Shown: positions 19,033 through 27,683 of the stretch, piece after piece
Position numbering within the stretch: position 1 is the first letter of the stretch
Layout of the letters: each line of letters opens with the position of its first letter
Source of the DNA: Gemmatimonadota bacterium
Lineage (GTDB): Bacteria; Gemmatimonadota; Gemmatimonadetes; Gemmatimonadales; GWC2-71-9
Direction: 5' to 3'
NCBI GenBank assembly: GCA_039586365.1
Contig: JBDHKN010000001.1
Span: 64,001-128,000, forward strand
Length of the DNA stretch: 64,000 bases
Program-made: the position numbers and the translations under genes
Notes under the pieces: generated by a model
Seen by the model: only the letters and a program-made list of their open reading frames with translations
What the model was told of the DNA's origin: nothing
Database searches by the model: none

Positions 19033-19278
19033 ATGCGCTGGCTGACCGATGATGCAGGGCGACGCTGGGCCGCCGAGAGGGTAGGCCGGACATCTGGTAT
19101 GATCGCCACTAAGAAGACCAAGAGCTCGTTCCCTGAGCCAGCTGACATCATTCGATTCAGTTGCGAATCCGATAACGCGGAGCCTGCGAGGGAGGTGACG
19201 ACCCGTGCAGGACTGCTGGAGCAACTAACCGAGTCAGAGCTCAAAGCCCTCCTCAATATCGCCCCCCGCGCACCGTAG
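19033..19278 (+). CDS. Hypothetical protein, 81 aa
   Basis: GGGGA RBS and ATG; divergent from the kinase; TDDAGRRW N-terminal beta-hairpin pattern. Confidence 0.7.
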   Translation: MRWLTDDAGRRWAAERVGRTSGMIATKKTKSSFPEPADIIRFSCESDNAEPAREVTTRAGLLEQLTESELKALLNIAPRAP

Positions 19279-19325
19279 GTCCCCCGCCAATGACTCGTGA
19301 ACTGGGTCCCTACTTCATAGCAGTG

Positions 19326-19340
19326 CTGCCATGTTGGCAG
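19326..19340. promoter_or_regulatory. Palindromic site CTGCCA-TGT-TGGCAG, candidate enhancer for the lon promoter
   Basis: Perfect 6-bp inverted repeat, followed by a degenerate copy (TGTCATGGTGG), about 75 bp upstream of a sigma-54-like element. Confidence 0.55.
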
Positions 19341-19411
19341 GTGTCATGGTGGGTTACCCGCCAACTCGACTGGAACACTGCCGGTTTGGGCCGTATTTCT
19401 TCAGCTGAGTA

Positions 19412-19426
19412 GGGCACGATAAGTGC
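19412..19426 (+). promoter_or_regulatory. Sigma-54 (-24/-12) promoter candidate for lon
   Basis: GGGCACGATAAGTGC against consensus TGGCACG-N4-TTGC, with exact GG-N10-GC spacing. Confidence 0.6.
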
Positions 19427-19496
19427 GCTTCGTGCGTCGAAGTGGTTCATTTTCGGGTTGGGCGGTGAGTACACACGGTACATGGGGTGACTACAG

Positions 19497-21938
19497 ATGC
19501 CAGATGCAAAGATGATTCGAAAGAAGCTTCCGGTCTTGCCACTGCGTGGCTTAGTACTGTTCCCGGGTGTCACTGCCCCGATTGGAGCAGGTCGGCCACG
19601 CACGCTTGGGGCGATAGAAGCCTCTCTCAAGACGGAAGATCGGTTGATCTTCGCGGTGTGTCAGCGGGAAGACAAAGACGAAGTTGAGCCCGAAGGTCTA
19701 TACACGATGGGCACCGTCGCCCGCATCGGTCAGTTGCAGCGAGGGCTAGGTGGTATGCAGCTGCTCCTCCACGGGGAGTTTAGAGGTGCGGTGCTGCAGT
19801 ACACCGATGCCGAGGGGTTTCTGGAGGCGGTTGTTCAGGAGACCCCGGATCTGGATCCAATCGACGCTGCGAGTCCGTCGTTTGTTGCGTTACATAGAGA
19901 AGTCAGGGAGCGTGCGGCTGAACTTGGTGAGAAGACTGGTATTCCAGAGGAGATCATCCAACAAGTCATGGAGGGCGTCGACGACCCAGGTCGTTTTGCT
20001 GACCTGGTCGCGGGTTACCTCGACGCATCACCACAGGACCGACAGGCACTGCTTGAGACCATCGGGATCGAAGAACGTCTGCGCCGAGTCCTATTGCATG
20101 TTCAACGGCAGATCGGGTTGCTAACCGCGCAGCAGGAAATCAAGTCCAAGGTCCAGGAGGAACTGGGAGAAAGACAGAGGGAGATGTTCCTCCGAGAACA
20201 ACTCAAGGCGATCCGCAAAGAGTTGGGTGACGAAGATGAGGGAGTTGAAGTCGACGAGTTGCGAGAACGCCTGGAGGCGTTGCAGCTACCCGAGGAAGCG
20301 AAGAAGGAAGTCGACCGCGAACTCAGGCGTCTGGAACGCACTCCCCGCGAAGCGATGGAGTCACAAGTTATCCGTACCTTCCTTGAGACAGTGGCGGAGC
20401 TGCCTTGGAACCAGCGTACCCAAGACCATCTTGATCTGAAATTGGCCCAGGAGGTTCTCGATGAGGACCACTACGGGCTCGATGACGTGAAAGATCGGGT
20501 GCTTGAGTACTTGGCCGTTCGCCAGCTCCGCAGCCAGACTGCTCAAGTCGGAGACGCCGCTGGAAATGACGATGACCGTGCTCGGGGCACGATCCTTTTG
20601 TTTGCCGGTCCGCCAGGTACCGGCAAGACATCGGTTGCAAAGTCGATTGCTCGGGCGATCGGGCGCAAGTATGTGCGTATCGCACTAGGAGGTGCCCGGG
20701 ACGAGGCAGACATTCGAGGCCATAGACGCACGTATGTGGGCGCGATGCCAGGGCGGATCATCGATGGACTTAAACGTGCCGGCACTAAGAACCCAGTGTT
20801 TCTTCTCGATGAGGTGGATAAGCTCGGTGTCTCCTTCCAGGGTGATCCTGCGTCGGCCCTGCTGGAAGTGTTGGATCCAGCACAAAACGACACCTTCACA
20901 GATCACTATCTGGGGGTGCCCTTCGATCTGTCGGAAGTGATGTTCATTGCAACTGCGAACTTCATGGGGAACATTCCCGCTCCGCTGCTTGACCGCATGG
21001 AGGTTGTGGACTTCTCCGGCTACACCGAGGGCGAGAAGCTGGCCATAGCTCTGCAGTACTTGGTACCACGTCAGCTCAGCGAGGCTGGACTCACTCCTGA
21101 CCAGCTGACCATAACTGACAAAGCGATATCGGCTGTGATCGCCAGGCACACTCGTGAGGCCGGAGTGCGGCAGCTCGAACGGGAACTTGGTAAGGTTGCT
21201 CGCAAGGTCGCTCGCAAGATCGCGGCGAAAGACGTGGACCAGATTGCTGTGGACCAGGACAACGTGCGGGACCTGCTAGGGAGACCCACAGTTCATCCCG
21301 AGAGGGCAGCCGAACACGACGAGGTTGGGGTAGCCACCGGCATGTACTACACTCCGGCAGGGGGCGACATCATGTTTGTAGAGGTTTCCATGATGTCGGG
21401 TAAGGATAACCTCGTGTTGACAGGTCAGCTCGGTGACGTAATGAAGGAATCTGCGCGAGCAGCGTTGTCATACGCCAAGTCACACGCCGAGGAACTGGGG
21501 ATTTCAGAGGACAAGTACGTGGGCAAAGACGTGCACGTTCACGTACCGGCCGGAGCCATTCCCAAAGACGGTCCATCGGCTGGTGTGGCGATGGCGACCG
21601 CCCTGGTTAGCCGTATGGTGGAAATCCCGGTGCGCAGCGATCTCGCATTGACAGGGGAAGTGACGCTATCAGGACGCGTGCTTCCAATCGGCGGCGTCAA
21701 GGAGAAGGTCTTGGGGGCTTGTCGAGCGGGTATCACGCACATCGTTCTGCCCAAAGAGAACCTCGCCGATCTGGAGGATCTTAGCGAGGAGGAACGGAAG
21801 CGGATCACGGTCGACGCAGTCGAATCCCTGAGTGAGGCGATCGCTATTGCGCTGAGCCGGCAGCCGAAGAAGCGGGGCAAGAAAGACGGTGGCGCTCAGT
21901 CCAAGAAGGTGACCAAATCTATGGCAAGTCGGCACTAG
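19497..21938 (+). CDS. lon: ATP-dependent Lon protease
   Basis: LPVLPLR N-domain, GPPGTGKTS, IRGHRRTYVGAMPG, LLDEVDK, PKDGPSAG (catalytic Ser) and GGVKEK (catalytic Lys). Confidence 0.97.
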   Translation: MPDAKMIRKKLPVLPLRGLVLFPGVTAPIGAGRPRTLGAIEASLKTEDRLIFAVCQREDKDEVEPEGLYTMGTVARIGQLQRGLGGMQLLLHGEFRGAVLQYTDAEGFLEAVVQETPDLDPIDAASPSFVALHREVRERAAELGEKTGIPEEIIQQVMEGVDDPGRFADLVAGYLDASPQDRQALLETIGIEERLRRVLLHVQRQIGLLTAQQEIKSKVQEELGERQREMFLREQLKAIRKELGDEDEGVEVDELRERLEALQLPEEAKKEVDRELRRLERTPREAMESQVIRTFLETVAELPWNQRTQDHLDLKLAQEVLDEDHYGLDDVKDRVLEYLAVRQLRSQTAQVGDAAGNDDDRARGTILLFAGPPGTGKTSVAKSIARAIGRKYVRIALGGARDEADIRGHRRTYVGAMPGRIIDGLKRAGTKNPVFLLDEVDKLGVSFQGDPASALLEVLDPAQNDTFTDHYLGVPFDLSEVMFIATANFMGNIPAPLLDRMEVVDFSGYTEGEKLAIALQYLVPRQLSEAGLTPDQLTITDKAISAVIARHTREAGVRQLERELGKVARKVARKIAAKDVDQIAVDQDNVRDLLGRPTVHPERAAEHDEVGVATGMYYTPAGGDIMFVEVSMMSGKDNLVLTGQLGDVMKESARAALSYAKSHAEELGISEDKYVGKDVHVHVPAGAIPKDGPSAGVAMATALVSRMVEIPVRSDLALTGEVTLSGRVLPIGGVKEKVLGACRAGITHIVLPKENLADLEDLSEEERKRITVDAVESLSEAIAIALSRQPKKRGKKDGGAQSKKVTKSMASRH

Positions 21939-21945
21939 GCAAAGC

Positions 21946-22515
21946 TCACCACTCCAGGGTCCTCAAGAGGATCTGAGCGATTCCCTCGCACGGGTCAGCC
22001 CCGCCGGAGCCTTCACTGCACACCTGATCCAACGCCAAGTGGCCCAATATGAGACCGAGCGCGTGACGGGCGGCCGCAGCTGGATCGGTGTTGTCGCGGA
22101 AATAGCCCAACCGTTGACCGTCCGACACGGCGTCCGCGAATCGCGTCAGCAGCCGCTCAATCGTCGTAGCCGCCAGTTCCGTGGTATGCTCGGTCACGTC
22201 CTGGTCGAGCGTGAACAGCTTGGTTAGATGGGGACGGGCTGCAAGGGCGTTGTATGTGGCAATGACTTCACGTCGCAACGTTGCCCGAGAGCTGCCCTCG
22301 GTGGCAACAGGTCTGTCGCTGAGTTGTTGCTTTGATTGCGCGACCACCGCGTTGTACAAGCGGGACTTGGAGCCAAAATAGTAGAACAGGAGTTGTTTGT
22401 TCACGCCGGCCCGATCTGCGATTCGTTGGACTCGGGCTCCAGCGAAGCCGTGGCCATTGAACTCTTCTGCAGCTGCAGCGAGGATGTCCAGTCTTCTATT
22501 GCGAACGCCTTGCAC
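21946..22515 (-). CDS. TetR/AcrR family transcriptional regulator
   Basis: ILAAAAEEF..GFAGARVQRIADRAGVNKQLLFYYFGSK HTH. Confidence 0.92.
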   Translation of the reverse strand: MQGVRNRRLDILAAAAEEFNGHGFAGARVQRIADRAGVNKQLLFYYFGSKSRLYNAVVAQSKQQLSDRPVATEGSSRATLRREVIATYNALAARPHLTKLFTLDQDVTEHTTELAATTIERLLTRFADAVSDGQRLGYFRDNTDPAAAARHALGLILGHLALDQVCSEGSGGADPCEGIAQILLRTLEW

Positions 22516-22526
22516 GGATCTTCACC

Positions 22527-22540
22527 CAACCAGTTGGTTG
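22527..22540. promoter_or_regulatory. Palindromic operator CAACCA-GT-TGGTTG upstream of the TetR gene (likely autoregulatory)
   Basis: 6-bp inverted repeat 11 nt upstream of the tetR start codon. Confidence 0.6.
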
Positions 22541-22568
22541 ATTAAGGTTTGGTGTGGCGTTCTGATTG

Positions 22569-23255
22569 TCAACCTCCGATGAAGAGGTCGATGGTCCCCC
22601 TCACTGCGCCCACGAATATAGGGTCGGACGACCAGTATCCTGATAGCTGTTTGTCGCTCGTTTGCCGCCCTACTAGTGCCACCCGGGCAGCCGTAAGAAG
22701 AGCCGCCGGAGCACCGAAGTAACTTTCGACGACTGACGTATCGATGGTGCCGGCCACTGGCCCGGGCGGGTCCCAAGCCTGATCGCCAATACTCCAAAGG
22801 ACTGTTTCCGCTTGGTCCTGGATGCGTTTGCGCCAGACAGGAGTCAGTAAGGTGAGAATCTCGACCGGCGCTATGCATACGACCGTCGCGGCCCGCACAG
22901 CAGTGCGCAACGCCAGCTCGCCAAACGATCGTTGGCCAACAAACGGGACCGTGGTTGGCTCCCCAGGGCGTTCACGCGCCCGGATCTCCGATTCTAACTG
23001 ATCGAGCTTGGCGAGCTGTCTTTCTGAGACGAGTGCCAGCAGCTCTGATGGGCCGATTGGTCGAAAGATTTGTGGGTTACGACTCACCAGTAGTGCGGCC
23101 CCTTTGCTGACCAGGCCATTGAGGGCTTGGTAAATGTTCGCTCTGGCAGCGCCGACCAGCTTGGCAAGAGCATAGGCCGATGTCGGTCCCCGGTCCAGCA
23201 GGGCAGTGTAGGCCAGTGCCTCGGTCGGGGTGAACCCAAACGGCGTGAGATCCAT
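22569..23255 (-). CDS. TrmB family transcriptional regulator
   Basis: FGFTPTEALAYTALL..TSAYALAK..RANIYQALNGLVSKG winged HTH. Confidence 0.88.
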   Translation of the reverse strand: MDLTPFGFTPTEALAYTALLDRGPTSAYALAKLVGAARANIYQALNGLVSKGAALLVSRNPQIFRPIGPSELLALVSERQLAKLDQLESEIRARERPGEPTTVPFVGQRSFGELALRTAVRAATVVCIAPVEILTLLTPVWRKRIQDQAETVLWSIGDQAWDPPGPVAGTIDTSVVESYFGAPAALLTAARVALVGRQTSDKQLSGYWSSDPIFVGAVRGTIDLFIGG

Positions 23256-23332
23256 TGTGGATGGCGGAGTTGCTTATGCTACTACTACTACTCATTCGGG
23301 CGGATTGGCGCAAGGTAGCTAAGTCGCAGGAA

Positions 23333-24439
23333 TCAGCAGTACTCCAGAGTCCGACCGGAGAGCCTAGCGATCAGGGCCAGCCGGAACGACACGTCCGCCT
23401 TCCTGGCCTCAGGCGAGCGAGTGTCCTGCTCAAGGGGGCAAGCGAAATCTGCGAGTCCAGATGTGCTGCGTGGCAGGGTCCTGAGGTTGCCTGGATTCCA
23501 AACACCGGACTCATCGCAATGGCGCAAGAGGCACGCTAATACTCGTTGAGCTGTAGGTGCCGCATCCAGCAGGCTCATTCGCGCCAACAACTCCAGCCAA
23601 TGAAGAGCAAACGGCAGATCCTTGGGCTTGCCGGAGCTGTCGGCTAACAGCGGATCACCGAGCAGGTGAAAAGTCGGTTTCAGGGTTCTTCGCCCCAACG
23701 AGATGACGTATTGTCTCTTGGTGGCTGGCCTGGTGAGGTAGGCGGCAAGGCGCTCCACGAATCCGGCGCGGTCTCGCTGCAGGCTCGGCATGAACGCAAC
23801 TACCGCCACGGAAAAGACGGTCGGGACATAGGCCTCGGGGTGCAGGATGTTCCTCGCACCCTTCCTGATTATCGGCTTGTCAGCCAGCTCACTTCTGAGG
23901 AAGCGGGAGACCCTCGAGATGATCCGGTGAGCTGCTCCGCGGACTCGCGGATCTTCAACTTTCCCTGCCTGTGCCAGCGCAGCTGTGGCTCCCTCGCGCA
24001 TGAGATCCCTTGCCCACAGCCCAAGGTGAGGATTCGCGCTGGCAGCCTTCTTGTATTCAAACAACAGAGCAGGGTCCTGGTCCCGCGACAGAATCCTGAA
24101 GAGCAATCTGTCGGCCAGCCGAAACGGACGCGCGCTGGTTGGGATTCCCATCTCCAGCAGACGCCTGTATTGAGCGACAGTTCCCACATCCTTGATCCCC
24201 TGGGCCTTGGAAGCGGCAACGCCGAGCACATTGCCGCCCCAAGTACCATTGGCCCACTGCTTCTTGAAGATCTGCTTCACGAGTTTGTATCCGAGCAGTT
24301 CCTCGCGCAGCTCTGCCATTTCGGCACTGGTGCCCGACCGTGGAGGCAGAATCTCAGTGAGCGTACGCCACCGAATCGCCGGACAGGCGTTCTCCCTCAG
24401 CCAAGTGACAGGAACTCGGTGGCTCTCATGTGGTTCCAG
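23333..24439 (-). CDS. Hypothetical alpha-helical protein, possibly prenyltransferase/squalene-cyclase-like fold; probable CTG start at 24439 (ORF track ATG 24319)
   Basis: QWANGTWGG resembles a QW motif; in-frame upstream WLRENACPAIRWRTLTEIL; GAGGAG RBS 5 nt before the CTG. Confidence 0.75.
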   Translation of the reverse strand: MEPHESHRVPVTWLRENACPAIRWRTLTEILPPRSGTSAEMAELREELLGYKLVKQIFKKQWANGTWGGNVLGVAASKAQGIKDVGTVAQYRRLLEMGIPTSARPFRLADRLLFRILSRDQDPALLFEYKKAASANPHLGLWARDLMREGATAALAQAGKVEDPRVRGAAHRIISRVSRFLRSELADKPIIRKGARNILHPEAYVPTVFSVAVVAFMPSLQRDRAGFVERLAAYLTRPATKRQYVISLGRRTLKPTFHLLGDPLLADSSGKPKDLPFALHWLELLARMSLLDAAPTAQRVLACLLRHCDESGVWNPGNLRTLPRSTSGLADFACPLEQDTRSPEARKADVSFRLALIARLSGRTLEYC

Positions 24440-24564
24440 AATTGCTCCTCAGTAAGCGACGGAACCGTTGAAGTGGGCGTGAAATTACCGTACCGTACCT
24501 ATTTCGGCCAGGGGGATGTTTAACAATATACTCCACAAAGCTTTAACGTAGTGTGCCGTGGCAG

Positions 24565-25518
24565 TTAGGGCCCTTTCGCAGGGGCATACGGGCATGCCGC
24601 ACGGGCTACTCCGCCCGGTTGCCCCAGAGCTGTCTCGCTGGTCAGCACTACCCAGTTGCTGTCGAGGAAATCGACCCCCTCGCCCTGAGGCTGTCGGAGT
24701 CCAACCTGACATGGCGACCCAATCGCCTGGATGCGCCCGCTGGCCTCGAGCCGGAAGAACAAGAGCTGGGTATACGTACGCACCACTAGGATTCCGCCAT
24801 CATTGGAAACAGCGGCAGCCGTAACCTGATTGATCAGACCGACCGGCGTGGCAATGGGCAAAGTGTCGATTGCGCTAGCAACGACCGATCGCTCGGTCAA
24901 TTGGGCCCCCGGAATCGAGTAGACAACTATCGGTCCGCTGCGACCTTTGGAAATGAGCAGAACGTCGCCATTCGGCCTGATGGCCAGCGCCTCCACGTCT
25001 CGGGGGCGATCGGAGTAACGGATGTGTACCAGTCGGGCCTGATCGGTCCACTCGGCTGATCTAAGACCTCCATCTGTGACCGACGGCTCCGGGAATATGT
25101 AGATACCCACTGTACTGCGCTGCTCTAAGTTGTCTCCGGTGTCGGACACATATACGCAGGACTGAGTGCCAGTGGGTGCCGGGCAGGGTCCCACAGCGAT
25201 GTCCTCCCAATCCACGGCTTCTGCCCCCGTCACTCGAAACCTGCCAAGATCCCGACCGGACAAATCGGTCGCATAGACTATGGGGTCATCACCCGAGTCA
25301 TTGTGAGTCCAAAGGACTCCCGGGTTCGCGCGACTGACCGCTACCCCTGAGCTCTCAGATAGCCTGGCTGAAGCGAAGAGCCCGGTGTACTCGAAACGCA
25401 CGGGGCTCTGGGTCTGTCCGGCTGCAATACGCAGAGGCAGTCCCACGATCACGAGAAGCGCACAGAAAGTCCGGAGAGCGGTGTGCCTGGTCAATGGACC
25501 CCCAACTCGGTCACGCAC
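24565..25518 (-). CDS. Secreted beta-propeller-like protein
   Basis: Signal peptide; ESSGVAVS, WTHNDSG, DWEDIA, DTGDN, DVEALA and QGEGV blade-like motifs. Confidence 0.8.
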   Translation of the reverse strand: MRDRVGGPLTRHTALRTFCALLVIVGLPLRIAAGQTQSPVRFEYTGLFASARLSESSGVAVSRANPGVLWTHNDSGDDPIVYATDLSGRDLGRFRVTGAEAVDWEDIAVGPCPAPTGTQSCVYVSDTGDNLEQRSTVGIYIFPEPSVTDGGLRSAEWTDQARLVHIRYSDRPRDVEALAIRPNGDVLLISKGRSGPIVVYSIPGAQLTERSVVASAIDTLPIATPVGLINQVTAAAVSNDGGILVVRTYTQLLFFRLEASGRIQAIGSPCQVGLRQPQGEGVDFLDSNWVVLTSETALGQPGGVARAACPYAPAKGP

Positions 25519-25573
25519 ACAATTCTAGTCGCAGCATTGCTACTCGTGAAACGACCCGACATCTTTTGTCCTC

Positions 25574-27607
25574 ATGATTGAGAACCTCAAAAACAGGGTG
25601 GTCACCCGACTCCCTTCGGAGATCCGCTTCACTGGCAGGGTCTTGTTTCTTGTGGATGACCCCGACTTGGTCAGGCGACAACTCCAAGGAGAGGATCTGA
25701 CGTGGCCCTTGGGGGTGCCACTCCGCGACAATATCTCAACCGACGAGATCACGCCAGCCTACATCTGTTACTACTTTGACGAGACGTTGGGTGATTTTCC
25801 CTATCTAGGACTCAATGCTAGTGGTGAGTTCCCAGTGCAGCGCGGCGCGGTGCGGTCGGGTAATTTCGTGTGTTCAGTCAGTGGCAAGAGACGCGGGAAG
25901 GGCTCCTCGAGAGAGCAATCGCCCTATGCTGAGCTCGCTGCTGGAATTCGCCTGGTCATAGCCGAGAACATCGAACGGATATATCGCGAGAACTGCCAGA
26001 ATCTGGGCATGTTGACGAGCACGGATTTTTCTTTGGTGGAGCGGGTTCAGCGCGATGAGCCCATCCCGCTAGTCGAGTTCACATGCGGTATGGGATCGAT
26101 AACTCGCGACGTGATCGAGTACGGTGGGCTCTTCAATTACAACGTGGCGCGCCTTCAGGGTAGGATCAAGGTACCCCATCCCGTTGTGCGCCGTCGGCCG
26201 ATGACGTTAGGAGAGAAGATCCTGGCTCGGCACTGGGTAAAGGAACTATCCGAGGACCACGTTGGTGTACCCGGTGTCGCTCCGGGTGATGAGGGGTTCG
26301 TGCGCACCGACATCCGATTCAGCCACGAGTATGTCACTCCAATGGCTGCCATTCTCTGGGAAACCAATGTGGGCCCACACGAGCACATCGTCGATCCGAG
26401 CTCGGTCTTCTTCTTCCGTGATCACCTCACATTTCTTGAGCTGGTCATGACTGAGGAGCGTAAGGCGCAGGGACTATTGGATGTCGCCCTCGAACTGAAG
26501 TCCAAACAGGAGCAGTTTGGCGCTGAGCAAGGGGTCAGGCTCTACGGTGAACTCGAACGCCTGCCCAATGCGGCAGATCTGAGTGGTTCCGAGGCGATCT
26601 GCCACTCCAAGATCCTCGAAGAACACGCTCTTCCCGGTCATGTAGTCATCGGTAGCGACTCACACACGTCCCATGCTGGTGCCATAGGGTGCGTTGCTTT
26701 TGGAGTCGGAACGACGGCCATCTTCAACTCGTGGCTCACCAAGGACGTTCGTGTCACCGTACCGCCAACAGTCCTCATCCGCATCCATGGTACCATACCG
26801 GCAAACGTGACCGCGAAAGACTTCATGCTGCAGGTACTTCGCCACCCGTACGTAAAGAACGGGCATGCGATCGGCAAGATAGTCGAGTATGCGGGGGAAG
26901 CAGTGGAGAACCTGTCGGTCGACGAGCGCGCCACGATGACCAACATGGCGGCCGAAGTGGGTGCCTTCACCGGCATCGTTAGACCGGATGCCAAAGTCAT
27001 AGAGTACTTGGTTGCCGAACGAGGAATGGATGCGGGGGCGGCAAGTTCTCTCGTGCAGGATCTGGAGTCAGATCCCGACGCTGACTACGAAGAGCTGATC
27101 GAGTTCGAAGCCAGTGAACTAAAGCCGCTCGTCGCTCTGCCTGGCGATCCGGGCAATGGCCTCTTCATCGATGAATTGGGCACTCGCGTAAAGATCGACA
27201 TCGCTTACGCCGGCTCTTGTACCGCTGGCAAGAAGTCGGACATGGACATGTACGCCCGAGTGTTTGGCGAGGCGCGGCATCGCGGTGAGCGCGTCCATCC
27301 CGATGTTCAATGCTTCATTCAGTGTGGCTCGCAGGAAGTGAAGCGCTACTGCCAGGCGGCCGGGTATCTGGATCTGTTCCGTGCGGTGGGCGCCCAGTTC
27401 ATCGAGCCGTCGTGTGGGGCCTGTATCAATGCTGGCCCGGGTGTCTCCTACGACAGCGCATCGGTGACGATCAGCGCCATCAACCGCAACTTCCCAGGTC
27501 GCTCAGGTCCCGGTCAGCTCTATTTGGCTAGTCCATACACCACCGCTGCGAGTGCCATAGCGGGCCACATCGTTGCTTGGCACCCGGCCCGAACCTGCGA
27601 CGAGTAG
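25574..27607 (+). CDS. Aconitase-family hydro-lyase, single-chain small-large (LeuD-LeuC order) fusion
   Basis: N-terminal DNISTDEITP and GKGSSREQS (swivel domain); C-terminal MTLGEKIL, GSDSHT, GSCTAG and PSCGACI (three Fe-S Cys), NRNFPGR. Confidence 0.9.
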   Translation: MIENLKNRVVTRLPSEIRFTGRVLFLVDDPDLVRRQLQGEDLTWPLGVPLRDNISTDEITPAYICYYFDETLGDFPYLGLNASGEFPVQRGAVRSGNFVCSVSGKRRGKGSSREQSPYAELAAGIRLVIAENIERIYRENCQNLGMLTSTDFSLVERVQRDEPIPLVEFTCGMGSITRDVIEYGGLFNYNVARLQGRIKVPHPVVRRRPMTLGEKILARHWVKELSEDHVGVPGVAPGDEGFVRTDIRFSHEYVTPMAAILWETNVGPHEHIVDPSSVFFFRDHLTFLELVMTEERKAQGLLDVALELKSKQEQFGAEQGVRLYGELERLPNAADLSGSEAICHSKILEEHALPGHVVIGSDSHTSHAGAIGCVAFGVGTTAIFNSWLTKDVRVTVPPTVLIRIHGTIPANVTAKDFMLQVLRHPYVKNGHAIGKIVEYAGEAVENLSVDERATMTNMAAEVGAFTGIVRPDAKVIEYLVAERGMDAGAASSLVQDLESDPDADYEELIEFEASELKPLVALPGDPGNGLFIDELGTRVKIDIAYAGSCTAGKKSDMDMYARVFGEARHRGERVHPDVQCFIQCGSQEVKRYCQAAGYLDLFRAVGAQFIEPSCGACINAGPGVSYDSASVTISAINRNFPGRSGPGQLYLASPYTTAASAIAGHIVAWHPARTCDE

Positions 27608-27683
27608 ACGGCTGCCGCACTGAGACCGAGGAGGGGCACAGCCTCTGCCCGCGGATGGCGTGCGCGCGACGACCCCGGGATAC

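Noticed and set aside
23666..24523. 285-aa plus-strand ORF
   Set aside because: Antisense shadow; the minus-strand protein has an RBS and more protein-like composition.
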